From positions 1-44,287 of the forward strand of contig CAIMLT010000077.1 of assembly GCA_903842445.1 (NCBI GenBank): DNA of 44,287 nt. Reading direction: 5' to 3'. Under the pieces are notes generated by a model, which ran no database searches, had not been told where the DNA came from, and saw only the letters and a list, made by a program, of their open reading frames with translations. Each line of letters opens with the position of its first letter. Position 1 is the first letter of the stretch. Origin of the DNA: an uncultured bacterium (GTDB lineage: Bacteria > Patescibacteriota > Minisyncoccia > Moranbacterales > UBA2206). Shown piece by piece: positions 25,020 through 34,200 of this stretch. A program made the translations under genes and the position numbers.

Positions 25020-26027
25020 ATGTTGGTAAGGAAGATCGGGATAGACTTGGGCACAGCCAATGTTTTGGTTTTCGTTCCAGGCAAAGGTATCGTTTCCAAT
25101 GAACCATCGGTGGTGGCAATTTCGCTTTTGGAAAACAAGGTGCTTGCCATTGGCAATGAAGCAAAGGAAATGCTTGGGCGCACGCCGGATACGATCGTTG
25201 CCAGTCGGCCGATGCGCGATGGCGTGATTGCGGATTATAAAATTACTGAAGCGATGCTCAAATATTTTATCAATAAAGTTAGTGGCAGATTTCGTTTTAT
25301 TCGGCCGGAGGTTATTGTATCTATTCCAGCCGGAGTAACTTCGACTGAACGCAGAGCAGTGATTGATGCTACAATTAGAGCTGGTGCTAAAATTGCTTAT
25401 GTAGTGAAAGAGCCAATTCTGGCTGCGATTGGAGCGGGAATTCCAATCAATAATGCCGCTGGCAATATGATTATTGATATTGGCGGAGGAACATCAGAGG
25501 TGGCCGTGGTATCTTTGGGTGGAGTTGTTTCGGCGCACAGCGCGCGAGTTGGTGGAAATAAGATTGATCAAGCGATTGCCGATTATATTAAGCGAAAGTA
25601 TAGTCTGTCAATCGGAGATCGCACGGCCGAAGATGTAAAAATAAAAATTGGCTCAGCTCTTCCACAAGTCAAAGAGGATTATATCGATGTGCGAGGACGT
25701 GATTTGACCGGAGGTTTGCCGAGAACCGTGAGGATTTCATCCAATGAAGTGACGGAAGCGATTCAAGATGAACTGAGAGAAGTGATTAGTGCAATTAAAA
25801 AAGTTTTGCAAGAAACTCCACCGGAGCTCGCGGCTGATATTATGGATAAGGGTATGGTGCTGTCTGGCGGTGGAGCGCTTTTACGTAATCTCGATCAACT
25901 CATAACCAAAACGATTGGTGTGCCATGTTATGTGGCGGATGATGCGTTGTTTTGCGTGATCAAGGGCATTGGGATAGCGCTCGAAAATCTGGATCTCTAT
26001 AAGCGAACGATGATGTTGAGCAAATAA
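25020..26027 (+). CDS. mreB: Rod shape-determining protein MreB/Mbl
   Basis: IGIDLGTAN, EPSVVA, RPMRDGVIAD, DIGGGTSE, GRDL..GLP, ETPPEL, GGGALL. Confidence 0.95.
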   Translation: MLVRKIGIDLGTANVLVFVPGKGIVSNEPSVVAISLLENKVLAIGNEAKEMLGRTPDTIVASRPMRDGVIADYKITEAMLKYFINKVSGRFRFIRPEVIVSIPAGVTSTERRAVIDATIRAGAKIAYVVKEPILAAIGAGIPINNAAGNMIIDIGGGTSEVAVVSLGGVVSAHSARVGGNKIDQAIADYIKRKYSLSIGDRTAEDVKIKIGSALPQVKEDYIDVRGRDLTGGLPRTVRISSNEVTEAIQDELREVISAIKKVLQETPPELAADIMDKGMVLSGGGALLRNLDQLITKTIGVPCYVADDALFCVIKGIGIALENLDLYKRTMMLSK

Positions 26028-26072
26028 TATTTTAACTTAAGAATCTAAATATTTTAAAACAGCTATAAACCA

Positions 26073-27155
26073 ATGATAATCGGCATTGACGGCTCAAGAG
26101 CTTTTCTAAAACAAAGAACTGGAATTGAAGAATACTCATATCAGGTGATTCAACAATTAACCAATAGATTGAAAGAACATCAAATTGTTTTGTATTTGCG
26201 TAGTTATCAAGAAGTGGATTTTTTCTTGCCGGCCAATTGGCGGATTAAAAAAATTTATTTTCCGCGTCTTTGGACTCAAATTGGCCTGTCCTTAGAACTC
26301 TTTCTTAACCCAGTGGATGTTTTGTTTGTTCCGGCGCACACTGCTCCGTTTCTCCATCCAAAAAGAACAGTTGTTACGGTGCATGGATTGGAATATGAAA
26401 TTATGCCAGAGGCATATTCTTTTTTTGAAAGATTGTATATGCGGTTTTCTATTAAGAATTCTTGTCGTTGGGCGGAAAAAATCATCAGTGTTTCCAGGAA
26501 CACCAAAAGAGACTTGATGAATCTCTATGATATCTCTGAGAATAAAATAAATATTGTTTATGAAGGTTATGAGGACATAACGGATAGTCTTGATTTGGGC
26601 AATGACGCAGAAGAGCTGAGTTTGAAACCTTATTTTCTTTTTATCGGAAGATTGGAAAAACGTAAAAATATTCTGGGGATTATTGAAGCTTTCGATTTGT
26701 TTAAAAAACGAACCGGAGCCAAGCATAGATTGGTTTTGGGTGGTAAGTCGGGCTATGGGTGGGAGGAGATTAAAAAGCGAATTGAATTATCAGAATATAG
26801 AGAGGATATTGTGGTTACCGGTTTTGTGAAAAATGGCAGAAAGTGGCGATTACTAAAAAACGCTCAAATTTTTCTTTTTCCGACTTTCTATGAGGGCTTT
26901 GGCCTCCCGATCCTTGAAGCGCAAAGTCAAGGCGTTCCAGTCATTGCATCAAATACTTCTTCGCTTCCGGAGGTGGCCAATGGAAGCGCCTTTTTGGTTA
27001 ATCCGGCAGAGCCGAAATTTATAGCTGAGGCCATAATCACTCTTGCGCAAAATGAAGAAATGGCTAATGATTTGATCAGTAAGGGTTATGAAAATATTAA
27101 AAGATTTAGTTGGAAAATTTGCGGCGATCTGATTGCAAGACTTTTAAATGAATAG
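26073..27155 (+). CDS. GT4 glycosyltransferase
   Basis: IGIDG, TGIEEY, VTVHGL, RKNI, YEGFGLPILEA, SSLPEV. Confidence 0.9.
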   Translation: MIIGIDGSRAFLKQRTGIEEYSYQVIQQLTNRLKEHQIVLYLRSYQEVDFFLPANWRIKKIYFPRLWTQIGLSLELFLNPVDVLFVPAHTAPFLHPKRTVVTVHGLEYEIMPEAYSFFERLYMRFSIKNSCRWAEKIISVSRNTKRDLMNLYDISENKINIVYEGYEDITDSLDLGNDAEELSLKPYFLFIGRLEKRKNILGIIEAFDLFKKRTGAKHRLVLGGKSGYGWEEIKKRIELSEYREDIVVTGFVKNGRKWRLLKNAQIFLFPTFYEGFGLPILEAQSQGVPVIASNTSSLPEVANGSAFLVNPAEPKFIAEAIITLAQNEEMANDLISKGYENIKRFSWKICGDLIARLLNE

Positions 27156-27248
27156 AAGGGTTGGGGGAGGAGTGTGTTTTTTGGAATGAACTGGCACAAG
27201 AGAAATATTGAGAGTGGATCGACTTCTTAAGACTATGTTGTATAAAGT

Positions 27249-28409
27249 ATGCAAGAAAAAAAAGAGTTAAAAATAGCTTTGGTGCATGATTTTTTGGTTG
27301 AATTTGGCGGAGCGGAAAGAGTTCTTCGAGTTCTTTCGGAAATGTTTCCGAAGGCTCCGATTTACACTCTAGTGTATGACAGAAAAAATTTTCCCGGGTG
27401 GATGAGAAGCAGAAAAGTTGAAACTTCTTTTTTGCAAAAATGGCCAAAATTTTTTCACAAAAGAAAAAAATGGCTCTTACCATTTTTGCCAGTTGCTCCG
27501 GAAACTTTCAATTTGCGCAATTTCGATTTGGTCATTTCCAGCTCTGGAGCATGGTCAAAAGGTATCGTAACTCGTTTGGATACGATTCATGTTGCCTATT
27601 TGCATAGCCCGATGCGATTTGCTTGGGATATGCATGGTGAATATCTGCAACAGCAAAAAAAAGGTTGGTTGGTTAATTTTTTCAGTTGGTTTATTTTAAA
27701 CTATATTCGTTTGTGGGATTTTGAGGCTGCGAATCGACCAGATTATTTGATTGCCAATTCTGAATATACAAAAAAAAGAATTAGAAAATACTATAATCGC
27801 GAAGCGTCGGTAATTTATCCGCCCGTATCTGCGTTGCGTGGTCAAGATAGCAAAGGGGTGGTAGCCCTACCCGATTCTCTCGATAAGAAATATTTTCTGG
27901 TTGTGTCTCGACTTTCTCCGTATAAAAAAATTGACATAGTCATTGAAGCTTTCAATAAGTTGGAGTTGCCATTGATAGTGGTTGGAACCGGTGAGCAAGA
28001 AAAATATCTGAAATCAATTGCGGAAAAAAATATAAAATTTCTTGGGTTTTTATCAGAAGAGAAGTTATCAAAAATTTATGCTGGCGCACGCGCATTCATT
28101 TTTCCTTCTTTGGATGATTTTGGTATCGCGCCTGTGGAGGCTATGCTTTGGGGTGTGCCAGTGTTGGGAATTCGGAGTGGTGGATTAAAAGAAATCTTAT
28201 TGGAAGGAGAGACTGGAGAATTTTTTGATTTTGCCACTGCGGAGTTAGTTGCAGATGGTGTGCGTAGATTTTTGGAAAATGAAAATCAATATGATGAAAA
28301 GTTGATAAAGGCGCGAGCAGCTGAATTTAGCGAAGAAAAGTTTAAAAAGAAATTGATGGATTTTATTGAAAATATTTATGAAAATCAAGGGAAATCGGAA
28401 AATAGTTAG
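27249..28409 (+). CDS. GT4 glycosyltransferase
   Basis: ALVHDFL...GGAERV, HSPMR, IANS, VIYPPV, SRL.PYK, DDFGIAPVEA. Confidence 0.9.
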   Translation: MQEKKELKIALVHDFLVEFGGAERVLRVLSEMFPKAPIYTLVYDRKNFPGWMRSRKVETSFLQKWPKFFHKRKKWLLPFLPVAPETFNLRNFDLVISSSGAWSKGIVTRLDTIHVAYLHSPMRFAWDMHGEYLQQQKKGWLVNFFSWFILNYIRLWDFEAANRPDYLIANSEYTKKRIRKYYNREASVIYPPVSALRGQDSKGVVALPDSLDKKYFLVVSRLSPYKKIDIVIEAFNKLELPLIVVGTGEQEKYLKSIAEKNIKFLGFLSEEKLSKIYAGARAFIFPSLDDFGIAPVEAMLWGVPVLGIRSGGLKEILLEGETGEFFDFATAELVADGVRRFLENENQYDEKLIKARAAEFSEEKFKKKLMDFIENIYENQGKSENS

Positions 28410-29259
28410 CTCATTGAATCGGGCAATTGAAAAAAAAAGCTTGGTGCAAAGCTATCTTTTTTGCGGTCCGCAGGCGCTTGGAAAGTTTTTAATAGCCAAG
28501 GAATTTGCCGAAAGAGTGACTGGATGGCAAGATGAGGTTGTAAATCCGAATTTGCTTATCATCGAGCCGGAGCTTGAGGAAAATGACGGAGTTTTCAGAG
28601 AGAAAGAAATTAAACTCGAAGCGATAAAAAGACTACAAAGAGAGTTTAGCTTGACTTCTTTTTCAAAAAATTATCGCGTGGCGATTATTCGTAGTGCCGA
28701 GAAATTGAATTTATCAGCGCAAAACGCGCTTCTCAAGATTCTGGAAGAACCACCGGAAAATACCATGATTATCCTTGTGGTGGAAAACGAAAAAAAAATA
28801 TTACCAACGCTCGTTTCGCGTTGTCAGATTAAACGGTTTAATCTTTTATCCGAGGAAGAGTTGGCCGAAACGCTAGATACAACTTTGTTAAATAGGGAGG
28901 AGCTGATTTTTTGGTCATTTGGTCGGCCTGGTTTTCTGGAAAATTTTTTGCATTCAAAAACAAAGTTGGAAGAAAGGCGAGAAATTGTTAAAGAATTACA
29001 ATCCTTATTTTCTATGGATGGAAATGAAAAATTACTTTTGGCGGAAAGCTTGAGTAAAAATATTCCGGCCTTACTGGAAAAATTGGACATTTGGGTGGTT
29101 ATCTTGCGAAGCGTAATTTTGAATAAAAATTTTTTTGTTGCAATTTCTCCATTGAAGGCGCTGGGGATTATTGAGAAAGTTGAAGAGAGTAAGCAATTAA
29201 TCGCGAACACAAATTCTAACGCGCGTTTAGTGGTGGAAAATTTAATTTTAGGTTTTTAG
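28378..29259 (+). CDS. holB: DNA polymerase III delta-prime-like clamp-loader subunit
   Basis: SYLFCGPQALGK, AQNALLKILEEPP, LPTLVSRCQ; zinc-binding cysteines absent. Confidence 0.8.
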   Translation: MKIKGNRKIVSSLNRAIEKKSLVQSYLFCGPQALGKFLIAKEFAERVTGWQDEVVNPNLLIIEPELEENDGVFREKEIKLEAIKRLQREFSLTSFSKNYRVAIIRSAEKLNLSAQNALLKILEEPPENTMIILVVENEKKILPTLVSRCQIKRFNLLSEEELAETLDTTLLNREELIFWSFGRPGFLENFLHSKTKLEERREIVKELQSLFSMDGNEKLLLAESLSKNIPALLEKLDIWVVILRSVILNKNFFVAISPLKALGIIEKVEESKQLIANTNSNARLVVENLILGF

Positions 29260-29260
29260 T

Positions 29261-30169
29261 ATGATTAAAATAATTAATCACAAAAAAAGCAGGAATAACC
29301 TCGAGATAGCGAGAAAAAGAAGGAAAATATCCAGCAGGTGGGCATTTTATTTCACAGCAGTGATTTTCTTGGTGGCTATTGTTTTTGCATTGTTTTTTTC
29401 TGATTTCTTGAGCATTACTTCGATAAAAATTTCCGGCTTAGACAAGCTGGAAGAAAAATCAATCAGAAATACAATCGAGGAAAAATTAAAAGGCAAGTAT
29501 TTTAAAATGGTTAATAAGAATAGCTTGATTCTATTGCAAAAAGCGGAAATTGAAAAAGCGTTGCAAGATAACTTTAAGCGAGTTGAGAATGTGTGGATTA
29601 AAAAAGTTTTTCCAAATGGCTTGAGGATAACAGTCAAAGAAAGAGTGCTGACAATGCTGATTTGTGATTCTTTGAAATGTTATGTGCTAAATGAAAGAGG
29701 AGAGGCTTATGGATCTGACAATTTCAGCGCTGAGGATTTGGAAGGGGAAAATTTAGTCGTGTTGAGTGATGTTACTGGCGCGCGGATCAGCACAGAGAAT
29801 AATCCACTTGAGGATGATTTTCGAAAATTCATCTTGAAATTAGCTAGCAATGTAGAGGATGAAACTGGTATTGTTCTTAAGAAGCAATATGAAACACCAA
29901 GCCGGATGTCAGGGGATTTGAAAGTGGAAACAGAAGATGGTTGGAAAATTTATTTTAGCGAAAATGTTGGGATGGAAAAGGAGATGTTAATGCTCAGAAC
30001 TGTTCTCGGGCATAAAATAGAAAAAGAACGTCAAAAAGATTTGGAGTATATTGATTTGCGTATTGCCAATAAAGTTTTCTATAAATTCAAGGAAGGAACA
30101 GAACGAATGGCGGAAACGGAAAATATTATAGTTCCGGAAGTGAAGAAAGAAGATAAAAAGAAGAAATAG
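29261..30169 (+). CDS. FtsQ/DivIB-like POTRA-domain membrane protein
   Basis: Basic N-tail, one TM, POTRA-like I..I.ISG...IKKVFPN.L.I.VKER, C-terminal YIDLR. Confidence 0.75.
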   Translation: MIKIINHKKSRNNLEIARKRRKISSRWAFYFTAVIFLVAIVFALFFSDFLSITSIKISGLDKLEEKSIRNTIEEKLKGKYFKMVNKNSLILLQKAEIEKALQDNFKRVENVWIKKVFPNGLRITVKERVLTMLICDSLKCYVLNERGEAYGSDNFSAEDLEGENLVVLSDVTGARISTENNPLEDDFRKFILKLASNVEDETGIVLKKQYETPSRMSGDLKVETEDGWKIYFSENVGMEKEMLMLRTVLGHKIEKERQKDLEYIDLRIANKVFYKFKEGTERMAETENIIVPEVKKEDKKKK

Positions 30170-30178
30170 TTTTTTTGC

Positions 30179-30334
30179 GTCATCCCCGAGTAGTCGGGGA
30201 TCCAGGCATCTCAGACCTAGAAGATAAAAAAAACAGAATTTATTGGTAAAAATTAGAAGTTGGGTGGTTTAATAACTCGCTTACTTAAAATTTATAACAA
30301 GTGGAACCTGGATTCCCGCCTTCGCGGGAATGAC
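30179..30334. repeat. Inverted doublet of REP-like palindromes (REPIN/dRS3-like) between convergent genes
   Basis: GTCATCCCCGAGTAGTCGGGGATCCAGG (30179-30206) and CCTGGATTCCCGCCTTCGCGGGAATGAC (30307-30334); 23/28 inverted identity; each unit is itself a hairpin. Confidence 0.85.
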
Positions 30335-30378
30335 AGGTATTATTTCTATTTTCAAGGGTGGGCGAAAGGTGGGTGGGA

Positions 30379-32325
30379 TTATCCTTGATTCAATCTTTTC
30401 AAATCTTCCACGCTAACGTAGTAGATGAAAATCGAAGTGCCGACTTGATAAACTGGCTTAATGTTTCTAGTCCAGCGATAACTATCCTGGTCTTTTTTTG
30501 TTTTGTCATAGATACTGCCTTGCAAAAAGTTAGTTGAGATGGCATACCAGCCAACTTCCAGCGGACGCTTTGAATCATACCACATTATATATTCGTCTTT
30601 GATGTAATATTTAATATCTGCTCCGCCAAAATAGTCAACGCGGATTTTGTCGATTGATTTTCCGGGAGTAGGGAATGGTTTGGCGATTGAATAACAATTC
30701 GAGGGGCAACCAAATTTAGAATTAGCATCGCACTTGATTTTTGCACAAGAGTTATATTCATCGATCCAAATTCGCAATCTTTTCATATCTTGTCCCCAGT
30801 CGGCATTGGAATCGGTGGCAAAATTATAGCCCTTTTTTGCTCCGCCGGCGATTGGGTTAAAATAAGACATGTAGTAGGGATAAGCAGAGATCGTTTCAAT
30901 GACAAGGAGCGACGCAAGAATAAAGGTGATTGATAGCAGGGTGATTTTTGTGGGGCGATTTTTTCTTTTTTGGCAAAAATCAATAATTACCTTGGCAGTC
31001 AGGATGTAGGCAAAAGGCAAAATCGGGAAGAGATGGCGAAACCCAATGTTGAGATTGCCAGTAATACTGATATACGCATAGAGAAAAATAAAAAATAACA
31101 TTGACAGAGTTTCAATGTTATGACGCAGATAATTGCCTAAGCTGGAAAATAGGGGCGATTTTTGCGTTGAATTTTTAAGACAGCCAATAAGAGTTTTTAG
31201 GTTATTTTGCAGGGCGATAAGAATAGCCAGGATCATTAGAAGAAGCATAGTCAGCGGTTCTTTGAAAGCGAAAACGGTTGGAAAATAGGCCGGAAAAGCC
31301 GTGCCGGAAACTTGACCCATGAAGTAGGCGCCGTTTCCTCCAGCTACACGCTTAAAGACCATTGCAATGCCGAGGAAATATTCGGAGAGTGGGCGAAATA
31401 ACGCAGTTTGGTTTAATGCTAAGAGAACTTTGCTGGTGTAGATGGTTTTAATATTAGTATCCGTTGGACTGAAATAAAAATTGATGGTTTCGGCCAATTT
31501 TTCTTTTGGCATGTCATAATTATTGAAAGCGTAAAATAGCCAAACAACCAAAAGAGAAAAAGCCAAAGCGATGATACTTTTTCCCAAATACTCTCCTAAT
31601 CTTTTTAGTTTAAAAAGAAAAACACTTTTTTCTTCATCAAGAATTCTTTTGACTAGAGGATAAATAATTGCGACAAGACCAAAAATTGGCAGGAGTAGAA
31701 TCGAAGAGAATTTTGTGAGTTGAACAACCGCCAGAAAAAAACCACCGATGGTAACATTTTTCCACGTTGGATCTTTTATAAATTTCAGAAAATAATAAAA
31801 AGAAATCATCATAAAACCAGCGATTCCAAGGTCAGTAGTAACAAAATGATTGTGGCCTAAAATATTTGGATCGAAAGCATAGAGGGTGAGAGCCAAAAGT
31901 CCGCCTAGGATTCCAGAAAGTTCCTTGCCCCATTTGAAAATAAATAAGCCGAAAAGCAAAGAAAGAAGAACGATTGGAATGCGCGCCCAGAAAATTATCT
32001 GATCGGCGTCATTACCCATTTGCCAAAAAAGATTGTGTCCGGCTTCCCATTGGCCATTCACATCAGTCGTCCAAAATTTTTGCGTGGTATCAAATTTGAG
32101 GTTCATGAAAACTAAAGGTAGAGCGGCCAGATCTTTGAGTAGTGGCGGATGCTCCGGGTTGAGGCGCATGTCATGCATCGTCAGGTAGGAGTACCCGGCC
32201 GGAATGTGGGCTGTTTCATCAAAAATAGCGCTGTCCCACCAAGCATTGAGCAAAGAAACAACGAGCATGAAGGTGAGAATGATCCCGACAAGCAGTTTGT
32301 ATTTTTTTTCAATGAATTTTTGCAT
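30379..32325 (-). CDS. GT39/ArnT-like lipid-carrier-dependent glycosyltransferase
   Basis: FDETAHIPAGY, NPEHPPLLK, AR, P..LGH...VTTD, TKFS, IGFRHLFP, DSNADWGQD; many TMs. Confidence 0.85.
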   Translation of the reverse strand: MQKFIEKKYKLLVGIILTFMLVVSLLNAWWDSAIFDETAHIPAGYSYLTMHDMRLNPEHPPLLKDLAALPLVFMNLKFDTTQKFWTTDVNGQWEAGHNLFWQMGNDADQIIFWARIPIVLLSLLFGLFIFKWGKELSGILGGLLALTLYAFDPNILGHNHFVTTDLGIAGFMMISFYYFLKFIKDPTWKNVTIGGFFLAVVQLTKFSSILLLPIFGLVAIIYPLVKRILDEEKSVFLFKLKRLGEYLGKSIIALAFSLLVVWLFYAFNNYDMPKEKLAETINFYFSPTDTNIKTIYTSKVLLALNQTALFRPLSEYFLGIAMVFKRVAGGNGAYFMGQVSGTAFPAYFPTVFAFKEPLTMLLLMILAILIALQNNLKTLIGCLKNSTQKSPLFSSLGNYLRHNIETLSMLFFIFLYAYISITGNLNIGFRHLFPILPFAYILTAKVIIDFCQKRKNRPTKITLLSITFILASLLVIETISAYPYYMSYFNPIAGGAKKGYNFATDSNADWGQDMKRLRIWIDEYNSCAKIKCDANSKFGCPSNCYSIAKPFPTPGKSIDKIRVDYFGGADIKYYIKDEYIMWYDSKRPLEVGWYAISTNFLQGSIYDKTKKDQDSYRWTRNIKPVYQVGTSIFIYYVSVEDLKRLNQG

Positions 32326-32492
32326 TTTTTTGTTTTTTATGATTTATGCATTTGCCAAAAAATTATTCCTAAAAGCGACTTCTCCTCATTTTAGCTAGCC
32401 CCTAGTTTATTTACCAACAGTCTTTTTCGCTAAAGATAGATAAAAGTGCGGAATAACTTTTTGGCAAACGCATAAACCTTTTGTTTTAAGAT

Positions 32493-34049
32493 TTATTCCA
32501 TTGTGTGATAGCTTAGTCCAAAAGAATCCTTGGTTTCTTTGATTTCTAGGGTTGGAAATTTGTTTTGCAGATAGGAAATCACGTCGTCATTTTTGTCCGT
32601 GAGGATGATTATGAAATCTTTGGTTTTTGGTTCAAGATATTCAATTTGTCCAGAATAAATAAATTCCAAATTTGGCATATCTTGGTTGAAAAGCATAATT
32701 GGAATTCTTTGCATATTTTCTGCTATGACAAACTTTTCTTTTTGTGGAGGGAGAGTTTTTAGATAAGTGGAAACATCCATAAGGACACTTTCGAAAGAAC
32801 GGGCAGTTTCAACTTGTGATGCCCAAAAAATGTGATATTTTATTCCATTAAACAATCCAACAAAAAGAAGTAAAAGAAGAATAAGAAATAGGGATAATTT
32901 TCGAAAGAACGTGGAATATTTTTCGCTGTATCCTAGGAAGTATTCAATTGCGATGGCGGCGAAAATAAAAGTTACCGGTAGGGTGCCAATGGCGCGAAGA
33001 GCGTGGGGCATGCCTTCTGTGGTCATGAATTCTGGGGCAAGCATTATGAAAAACCAAGAAACAAGGAATAGATAAATATCCATCTTTTCATTCCGTTCTT
33101 TCCTTAAGACTCTTTTCAAAAATAAATTAATCAGGCGTAACATCGAATAAATTAAGCCAAAAAGAAAGGCAATTCCCGAAATTACATCCAGAATTGGATA
33201 GGGCGGATAATTGTGGCGCCAGTTTTGATCACCCCAAAAATTATATTTTACCAAACTCAAAAATAGGCTACGCGAAAATTCTTGAAGCGGATGTCCGCCA
33301 TTAACTTCCGGAGAAAGCACGGAAATTGAAGCTGAACGCGACTCCAAATATTCCGGATGAAGATAAAAAGTGTAAAGCATGGGAGAAGCTGAGATCACTG
33401 TGAAAATCACAAAAACCAAAATTTGCTTCCAATAATCTTTCAAAAAACTTTTGCGAGAAAAGAGAAAACTTATGAGCATTACAACTAAGATTGCTGGGGC
33501 GATGCGAAAGGCGATGTAGGTGTGAATACCAATGCCAAAAACTAATCCGCCGATGGCAAAATCCCACCATTTCTTGGTACGAAGGCCGCGAAAGAGAAAA
33601 TAGAAAGAAAAAACCAGAACGAGCGGAAGCATATTGGCGCGAAAAGAAATGCGAGAAAAGTTAATTGCCCAAAAAGAAACAGCAACTAAATATCCAGCGA
33701 TAAGCGCGGTGCGAGTCTTTCCAAAAAGTTCTTTGGTCAGAAGATAGGTGCCAAACACTACCAGTGTTCCGCAAAGAATGGCCGGAAGTTTAAGAGACAT
33801 TACGCTTATGCCAAAAAGCGTAAAGCACATGGCGACCATATTCATAAAAAGCCCTTCGCGACCGTTGTTGGCGGTATAGAACATCTCGTATTGTCCGGAT
33901 TTGATGGCGTTGACTGCATCAATGCCATTGACCGCTTCATCGGGATAGACGCCGGGGGGAGTGTTTTCGATATTATAGAATCTCAGAAAAAAACCGAGAG
34001 CAACGATTGCTAAAAGTAAGGCAACTATCCCAATATTTTTTTTATTCAT
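32493..34049 (-). CDS. GT39/PMT_2-like lipid-carrier-dependent glycosyltransferase
   Basis: LRFYNI...PPGVYPDEA, GREGL, SFW...FSR, GD.NWRHN, PHALR; many TMs. Confidence 0.85.
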   Translation of the reverse strand: MNKKNIGIVALLLAIVALGFFLRFYNIENTPPGVYPDEAVNGIDAVNAIKSGQYEMFYTANNGREGLFMNMVAMCFTLFGISVMSLKLPAILCGTLVVFGTYLLTKELFGKTRTALIAGYLVAVSFWAINFSRISFRANMLPLVLVFSFYFLFRGLRTKKWWDFAIGGLVFGIGIHTYIAFRIAPAILVVMLISFLFSRKSFLKDYWKQILVFVIFTVISASPMLYTFYLHPEYLESRSASISVLSPEVNGGHPLQEFSRSLFLSLVKYNFWGDQNWRHNYPPYPILDVISGIAFLFGLIYSMLRLINLFLKRVLRKERNEKMDIYLFLVSWFFIMLAPEFMTTEGMPHALRAIGTLPVTFIFAAIAIEYFLGYSEKYSTFFRKLSLFLILLLLLFVGLFNGIKYHIFWASQVETARSFESVLMDVSTYLKTLPPQKEKFVIAENMQRIPIMLFNQDMPNLEFIYSGQIEYLEPKTKDFIIILTDKNDDVISYLQNKFPTLEIKETKDSFGLSYHTME

Positions 34050-34113
34050 CGAAGGAAAATTAAAAATTAAAAGACATTTAACACTATAAAATAATTATAG
34101 CATATTTTTTAAC

Positions 34114-34122
34114 TTATCCACA
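34114..34122 (+). promoter_or_regulatory. Perfect DnaA box
   Basis: TTATCCACA in a divergent intergenic region. Confidence 0.6.
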
Positions 34123-34152
34123 GAGACAAAATATTTTTCTTTGTGGCGGGAA

Positions 34153-34173
34153 TTGTTTTTTTGTTGTATAATT
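34153..34173 (+). promoter_or_regulatory. Promoter -10 region of the 971-aa protein operon
   Basis: TTGTTTTTTTGTTGTATAATT with TATAAT at 34167-34172. Confidence 0.55.
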
Positions 34174-34200
34174 TAAATAAATAAAAGCTAAAAAATAATC

